Source: an uncultured Desulfobacter sp.
Lineage (GTDB): Bacteria; Desulfobacterota; Desulfobacteria; Desulfobacterales; Desulfobacteraceae
Length of the DNA: 64,000 bases
Assembly: GCA_963665095.1 (NCBI GenBank)
Contig: OY762069.1
Span: forward strand, 3,008,001 to 3,072,000
Direction: 5' to 3'
Shown: one piece after another, positions 58,628 through 64,000 of the stretch
Layout: the number at the start of each line of letters is the position of its first letter
How positions within the stretch are numbered: position 1 is the stretch's first letter
The notes under the pieces: generated by a model
The model's database searches: none
The model's input: only the letters and a program-made list of their open reading frames with translations
What the model was told of the DNA's origin: nothing
Position numbers and translations under genes: made by a program

Positions 58628-59095
58628 ATGAGTAAAAAAAGTATCACACTTCTGCTGGCTGCAGGTATTGCTGTGATTTTTCTTGCCACCGGACTTCAGG
58701 CAGGCACCAAGGTAAATGACGTCATTACCATGGAGAGCAAGGTTATCAAAAACCGCAAAAAAGGGCCTGACGCTAAAAAGCCGTGTAAACTGGTTGAGTT
58801 CACCCATAAAAAACACAGTGAAGATTACAAACTTTCCTGTGGTGACTGCCACCACGACAAAGACGGCAAACCCCTTGCCAGCCTGAAAATGGGTGATGAT
58901 GTAAAAAAATGTGACGAATGCCACAATCGCGAAAAAGCCAAAGCATCAGACAAAACCTTTCAGGGCAAATACAAGAAAAAACCTGTGGATATTAAACAGT
59001 ATGAATCAGCCATTCACGAGAACTGCATTGGCTGCCACAAGGAAAAAGGCCTGAAAGAAGGCACCAAATGCGGTGACTGCCATAAAAATATGTAG
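58628..59095 (+). CDS. Tetraheme class III cytochrome c3
   Basis: Signal peptide, four CxxCH motifs (CGDCH, CDECH, CIGCH, CGDCH) and four extra His (FTHKKH, CHH, AIH). Confidence 0.93.
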   Translation: MSKKSITLLLAAGIAVIFLATGLQAGTKVNDVITMESKVIKNRKKGPDAKKPCKLVEFTHKKHSEDYKLSCGDCHHDKDGKPLASLKMGDDVKKCDECHNREKAKASDKTFQGKYKKKPVDIKQYESAIHENCIGCHKEKGLKEGTKCGDCHKNM

Positions 59096-59137
59096 GATCG
59101 TATAGCAAGAAAGATACAACTACATGTTATAAAGTTC

Positions 59138-59174
59138 AAAGGGGAAAATCACAAACAAGATTTTCCCCTTTTTT
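59138..59174 (+). terminator. Intrinsic terminator of cytochrome c3
   Basis: AAAGGGGAAAATC-N8-GATTTTCCCCTTT followed by TTT. Confidence 0.8.
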
Positions 59175-59303
59175 CTTTCCTCAGTTATTGATCACTTGAA
59201 ATACAATCCGTCACATGCTTGTCTGACTCTGATGACCCCATATGTGCCTGTGGCATGGTACCGATTTCCTTGCAACATGGTGATTCCTAAATCCTGCCTG
59301 GAG

Positions 59304-61511
59304 TCATCCCACACACCCAAGGCTTGGATCCTGCACCACAATGGTACGTCTCCGACGCTTCTTTTTCACCTGGCAAAGCAGGGTTTTATACACCGGAAAC
59401 CCGGATATGGGATCAAACTGCTCCAGGTCCGTGAGTACATTGACATTGGCCTTGCGCCAGGATTCAGATCCCAAAGGACCACCCCCACCCACAGGCGCAT
59501 AGACAAAGCCGGCCATCACATCGTCGGTAACATAGGCACGCATCTCCACAAAACCTCTGGCTGTTTTCACCACCACGGCATCCCCGGGTTCAATTTTTCT
59601 GTCTGCCGCGTCCTTTGGATTCATCTGAACCAGGGGATCGGGGTATTTTTTAATAAAATCGGGGATGGCCCTTAAACAGGACTTCATGTCCGGCTTAAAT
59701 GGTCCGGTCCCAAGCACCAGTGGGAAACGACCTACCATGAGCGGGCGGCTAACAGGGGTTTCAAAGGACTCCTCATATTTGGGCAGGCCCTCATATCCCA
59801 TCTTTTCAAGCAGACAAGATTTAATCTCAAACTTACCTGACGGGGTTTCAAATCCGGGTTTTCCGTCCTTTCGTAAAAGCCCTGTTTCCCATTTCCTGTA
59901 GGCCATGGGTTCTGCTTTCTGACGATATGTCAGACGCTCATCCTGTTCAAGATCAGCCCTTGAAATGCCAGTGCCCTTGAGCGCCTGATCCAAAAGCGTG
60001 ATTTCATCGGCCGGGAACCGGTCTGCATACCCAAGTTTTCCCGCCAGTTCCGTTAAAATCGTAAAGCATGGCCTGCTGTCCCCCACCGGCTCAATCATTT
60101 TTTCTCTCAACCTTACAGCATTGCCGTAAAAACAGTAGGAAGACTGCTCAAATGCGGTGGTGGCCGGCAGAACAATATCAGCCCAGGCGGCATCCCGGGT
60201 AAGCTGCAGGTCAATGCTCACCATAAAATCCAGGGCGTCAAAGGCCTTTTGCCACAGAATGGGATTGGGCCAGGAGGTAAGAATGGAGGCCCCGAGCACA
60301 AAAAGTCCCCGGATTTTATAGGGGTCGGACTCCAGAATGGCTTTAGGCAGACGGTTGGCATGGGGCTCACCGCCGCAGAAATGGGCATACACCGGGAAAT
60401 GACCGGCACCGATGGATTTATCAAACCCCGGTGTGGCAATCTGGTGATCTTTGTTCAAATGGATCTGATTTTCATGGCGGACAAAACAGCGGCCCCCCTC
60501 CACATCCATCTGTCCGGCCAGCGCCCAGAGGACCTGCACCGCCCGGATGTTCTGGACACCGGATTTGGTATACTCCAGCCCTGTGTACATCACATAACTG
60601 GCCCCTTCGGCGTCTGCAATCTCTTCGGCCAGTTCCATGATCAGGTCCCGGGGAACACTGGTGATGCCGGCCACGGTCTCCGGGGTAAATTCTTCCACAT
60701 ACCGGACGAACTCGTCATACCCGACAGTCCACTCTTCCACAAAGGCGTGGTCCACCCACCCCTCCCGGATTAAAATATGGCACAGACCCAGGGCCAGGGC
60801 ACCGTCCGTACCCGGACGGATGGGCACCCACAAACTGTCCGGCAGTTTGGCAGATGCGGTCTGCCTTGGATCTATAACAATAATCCGTGCCCCTTCATGG
60901 GCAGCCCTGACCAGACGGCCGAACATGGCGGGCGGCGTGGAGGTGGACGGGTCTGTGCCCCAGACAAAGATCAAATCTGAATTATCCACGTCAGAAAACA
61001 TATCCGTGTGCAGACATCCGCAGGTCAGCTGAGGGGCCAGCACACCCAGGGAGGTGTAGCAGGGCGCCCCTACCCCAAAGGTATTGGGCGACCCATAGGG
61101 AAACAGAATACTTGAGGCCAGATAGATATGGGAACCGGCCAGCTGGAAGGCATCTTTAAATGCCCGCTCATAGGAGCCTGTACCCGCGTAAAACCCCAAT
61201 GCCTCTGGCCCGAGCCTCGCTTTAATTTTTTCCATATTTTCGGCAATAAGATCAAAGGCTTCATCCCAGGAAATTGGTTCAAAATCAAGTTTTCCCTTGG
61301 GACCTGTCCGCTTTAACGGCTGTCGGATCCGATCCTTTGAATAAATGATCTGCTTTGCACTGGCAGCCATGGGGCACAGTACCTCGCCCATGGGGGCATC
61401 AGGATCCGGAGTGAGCCGGTCGATTTTTCCATCATCATCAAAATGAACCATCACCCCGCATCCGGGGCTGTGAAAACATAATCCGCAAATGCCTGGTTTC
61501 TGCGTTTCCAA
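59304..61511 (-). CDS. Cytoplasmic molybdopterin/tungstopterin enzyme (acetylene-hydratase/MES-like)
   Basis: CGLCFHSPGC...C Fe-S motif, RIRQPLKR, ISWDEA, IVIDPR, RPGTDGALALG, ADIVLPA and TPSGKFE. No Tat signal. TTG start after GGAAGGAGG. Confidence 0.9.
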   Translation of the reverse strand: METQKPGICGLCFHSPGCGVMVHFDDDGKIDRLTPDPDAPMGEVLCPMAASAKQIIYSKDRIRQPLKRTGPKGKLDFEPISWDEAFDLIAENMEKIKARLGPEALGFYAGTGSYERAFKDAFQLAGSHIYLASSILFPYGSPNTFGVGAPCYTSLGVLAPQLTCGCLHTDMFSDVDNSDLIFVWGTDPSTSTPPAMFGRLVRAAHEGARIIVIDPRQTASAKLPDSLWVPIRPGTDGALALGLCHILIREGWVDHAFVEEWTVGYDEFVRYVEEFTPETVAGITSVPRDLIMELAEEIADAEGASYVMYTGLEYTKSGVQNIRAVQVLWALAGQMDVEGGRCFVRHENQIHLNKDHQIATPGFDKSIGAGHFPVYAHFCGGEPHANRLPKAILESDPYKIRGLFVLGASILTSWPNPILWQKAFDALDFMVSIDLQLTRDAAWADIVLPATTAFEQSSYCFYGNAVRLREKMIEPVGDSRPCFTILTELAGKLGYADRFPADEITLLDQALKGTGISRADLEQDERLTYRQKAEPMAYRKWETGLLRKDGKPGFETPSGKFEIKSCLLEKMGYEGLPKYEESFETPVSRPLMVGRFPLVLGTGPFKPDMKSCLRAIPDFIKKYPDPLVQMNPKDAADRKIEPGDAVVVKTARGFVEMRAYVTDDVMAGFVYAPVGGGGPLGSESWRKANVNVLTDLEQFDPISGFPVYKTLLCQVKKKRRRRTIVVQDPSLGCVG

Positions 61512-61524
61512 ACGACCTCCTTCC

Positions 61525-62478
61525 CTAATCCATTGATCTTGCCGCTAATATAAACTGAGAGGTAATATGCTCCCACAAATGCCGGGTTTTCCTGATTTTC
61601 CACAAGAGCTGACCTTTGTCCTCTATGGTAAACCCTGGCGCAAAGGGGCCTTGGGCATCTTCAAGCAAGTGGCAGACATTTTCCATTCCAAATCCCTTGA
61701 ACGGACCGTCAAGGGTGCCGCCAAGCCACAGATCCGGACTGCTGACACTTTCATCCCAGGAAAAAGGATCTGAAAAAAGGAATCTGGCATTGGTTTTATC
61801 CATGACCCGGTTGGCTTCCTGTAAATGGCGTTCAGGGTACGGGACCTTTTCCAGAATGTTAACGGAACTTGCCGTGGCAAACCGGCTGGAACGAAACGGC
61901 AGGGCCATGGCATCAGCGACGATGAACTCTGCATTGGCAAACCCGTAACCTGCATCCAGCTCACAGGAACGTTTCTCAGTGATCTGGCCCTCCATGATCA
62001 GGTCAAATTCCAGGCGTCGGGTTTGGGCAAGGGTTCTGGCGGCCCGGATAAAAGAGATGGAGGTGTCAATACCCACAGCCCTGTCATGGCTTTTTGTCAT
62101 CTCAAAGGTCAGCCGCCCTACAGAACAGCCAATATCCAGTGCCCAGCCGGATCGTGGTGCACTGAATGCCCCTGCCCATTTGCGGTAGGCATCTGTGGCG
62201 TCGGGTCCGTTAAAAAATTCGGAATAATGACTCCATAAATAGGAGGAGAGCATGGAAAACGAATTGTACCCGGCTGTGTCCTGGATAATGGGCAGGGTAT
62301 GGTCAGGCACTACTAAGGCAATGCCCTGCCGGATCTCATACCGGTGCTGACAATTAGGACAAATCAGCTCCCCGTCAATAATATCATCCTCGGTTTCAAT
62401 GCGAATTTCCGGTTCAAGCACAAAATTGCTGCCCCGGCACTGGGGACAGATCAACTCTTCGATCAGCCATTTTTTCAT
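61525..62478 (-). CDS. Trm112-like Zn-knuckle + OvoA-C-terminal-like SAM methyltransferase
   Basis: LICPQC..LICPNC..YEIRQGI, LSSYLWSHY, ALDIGCSVGRLTFEM, GIDTSISFI, SDPFSW..WLGG and IRKT...H..SQ motifs. Confidence 0.82.
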   Translation of the reverse strand: MKKWLIEELICPQCRGSNFVLEPEIRIETEDDIIDGELICPNCQHRYEIRQGIALVVPDHTLPIIQDTAGYNSFSMLSSYLWSHYSEFFNGPDATDAYRKWAGAFSAPRSGWALDIGCSVGRLTFEMTKSHDRAVGIDTSISFIRAARTLAQTRRLEFDLIMEGQITEKRSCELDAGYGFANAEFIVADAMALPFRSSRFATASSVNILEKVPYPERHLQEANRVMDKTNARFLFSDPFSWDESVSSPDLWLGGTLDGPFKGFGMENVCHLLEDAQGPFAPGFTIEDKGQLLWKIRKTRHLWEHITSQFILAARSMD

Positions 62479-62739
62479 ATCTGTTCCTTTGCCTGCTGCG
62501 TCTTCCTCCACTTTACCGGCACTGTAAAAAAGGGCCGGCAATATAACGCGGAAACTGAAAATTATTGCTTTAACAGGGAATAACGGCAGGATCGATAGCG
62601 AAAATAAAATGATAATAAGAATTATTTCAAAAAGCTTTGGCTTCAGCCATGTAAGGGTCAGGTATACCACTCAGAGGCGTCAGAATCAACACTTTGAAAA
62701 TCAGGGTCGCCGATTTAAAGAATCCTGCAGCCCACCCAT

Positions 62740-62781
62740 AAAAACCAGGCTGCTATTCCTGACAAAATAGCAGCCTGGTTT
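62740..62781 (-). terminator. Intrinsic terminator of the M55 peptidase gene
   Basis: AAACCAGGCTGCTATT-N8-AATAGCAGCCTGGTTT, with perfect 16-bp arms. Confidence 0.8.
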
Positions 62782-62802
62782 CAGAAAACAAATTTTTATA
62801 AA

Positions 62803-63606
62803 TCAGGAAACAAAAACAATCATCCGCAGGACTTCAAACCAGTCGGGGCTCTCAAAGGCAATGGTCCGGGCAGAAATCAAACGGGCTCCGGGGTAGAAGG
62901 CTTTCTCGTAGGCGTCGCTCACACGGTTATAAGTAATTTGAATACTGAAATGACCCGGCAGATCAATGGCTTTGGCTGCCAGGGGAGTTTCAAGGGCTTT
63001 CTTGGCCCCGGCCCGGATCGCGTCCACCGCCACATCGGGATGAAGGTTAACAGTGGAGCCGCCAAACCCCTCTTTAACAGCAACGGTGGTAATGCCGGGG
63101 ACAAGGTCCGGTGCACCGTTGCATAATTCTTTATCTCCGGAGATCATCACCACCGGCACATTCTCTAAAGCGGCTGTATAGGTATTAAGAAAAAACTCCG
63201 ATACAAACTCATGCCCGTTGATCCGGATGCCTGCAATCCTTTCCGAACTGATGGTATGGGCCAAAGGGTTACCGCTCCCCCCTGCCATGGTATGATACCC
63301 AATCATCATGGCTGCATCAAAACTATTATCAATCCCCTGCATCATAAAATAGGGGTGGGTTCCCCACCCGGAAATCACACGGGCCTGCGGCGGCAGCCGG
63401 CGGGGTATCAAATTGCGTGCTGTGGAGTGGGCGTCTTTGACCACAATCTCTGTGGCACCGGCCTCAAGAGCACCTTCGCAGGCCGCACACACCTCCCGGG
63501 TCAACTGCTCTTTATATACATCATAACCGTCCTGCCCTTTGGTGACTTCGCACCACTGGGTAACACCTGTCACCCCTTCCATATCCGTGCTGATAAATAC
63601 TTTCAT
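62803..63606 (-). CDS. M55-family D-aminopeptidase (DppA-like)
   Basis: MKVFISTDMEGVTGV, VKDAH, IGYH..LAHT, SGD and VAVKEG motifs. Confidence 0.93.
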   Translation of the reverse strand: MKVFISTDMEGVTGVTQWCEVTKGQDGYDVYKEQLTREVCAACEGALEAGATEIVVKDAHSTARNLIPRRLPPQARVISGWGTHPYFMMQGIDNSFDAAMMIGYHTMAGGSGNPLAHTISSERIAGIRINGHEFVSEFFLNTYTAALENVPVVMISGDKELCNGAPDLVPGITTVAVKEGFGGSTVNLHPDVAVDAIRAGAKKALETPLAAKAIDLPGHFSIQITYNRVSDAYEKAFYPGARLISARTIAFESPDWFEVLRMIVFVS

Positions 63607-63785
63607 ATAACCAATTCCTTTGCATTCATTAAAAGGTCTGCTTGTTACCGAGGCAGGATCCATCTGGCCTGTCACCATATCAACCAATATTTCCAAGCGT
63701 TGGCATTTTGTGGGTATGCCAAATTTTTGTCAATATTTTATTAAAAACCATGAATTTGGGGGTAATGGGGAATGCTTGGCCAAGA

Positions 63786-63959
63786 GGTGTTGGTTGGGCT
63801 GTTGTGGAGCGTTAAGCTGGATTTTTTACAGCCTTTTAATGCAGCCTAGCGGTTAAAAGAAAAAGCTGTCTGACCAAAGGGAGTTCTTTTTCTTCAGCAA
63901 AGCGAAATTTAAAGGCTGTTAAAAATCTTTGCGTGCGGAACAACAGCCTGCCCAACGCC
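63786..63959. repeat. ~174-nt imperfect palindrome (rod-like hairpin)
   Basis: Nested stems: 63797-63805 with 63940-63948 (9/9), 63820-63840 with 63907-63927 (19/21) and 63857-63865 with 63886-63894 (9/9). Confidence 0.75.
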
Positions 63960-64000
63960 GGATTGAGATTTGAAAGGAAGGGATGACAGAAATAGGGAAA

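Noticed and set aside
59304..61511. Formate dehydrogenase, nitrate reductase or polysulfide reductase catalytic subunit
   Set aside because: No Tat signal, no Fe-S or membrane partner genes, and the ligand-region sequence does not match those families.
1..64000. Many 60-250 aa antisense or off-frame ORFs; CRISPR arrays; tRNA/rRNA
   Set aside because: The short ORFs overlap well-supported genes and lack motifs. I saw no regularly spaced repeats or RNA-gene signatures by eye.

Overview
This is a 64-kb bacterial chromosomal window. Gene content points to a sulfate-reducing Desulfobacterales-like organism (inference). Bases 1-19.8 kb look accessory. They hold a 5'-truncated glycyl radical enzyme with an atypical GCVVP Cys loop, its activase and a GntR regulator, a NADAR pseudogene, two diguanylate cyclases, a Tat-exported [FeFe]-hydrogenase pair with no maturases nearby, a TonB receptor, a hybrid kinase and three decayed IS elements. 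Bases 19.8-64 kb are mostly housekeeping and envelope genes: pcm, serS, thrC, pilMNOPQ, pilT/pilU, PBP1A, tatBC, cytochrome c3, dus, yedF and a DppA-like peptidase. The best candidate for an undescribed system is a two-gene operon at 59304-62478. It pairs an OvoA-type (ovothiol) methyltransferase with an acetylene-hydratase/MES-like molybdopterin enzyme ending in a Cys-bearing tail, which suggests oxygen-independent thiohistidine or ovothiol synthesis. Other candidates are an unannotated sigma54-type small RNA downstream of an NtrC-family regulator (about 37566-37643), the unusual glycyl radical enzyme and a Fur-FeoA-FeoA fusion. Family assignments come from motif recognition by eye; no database search was run.
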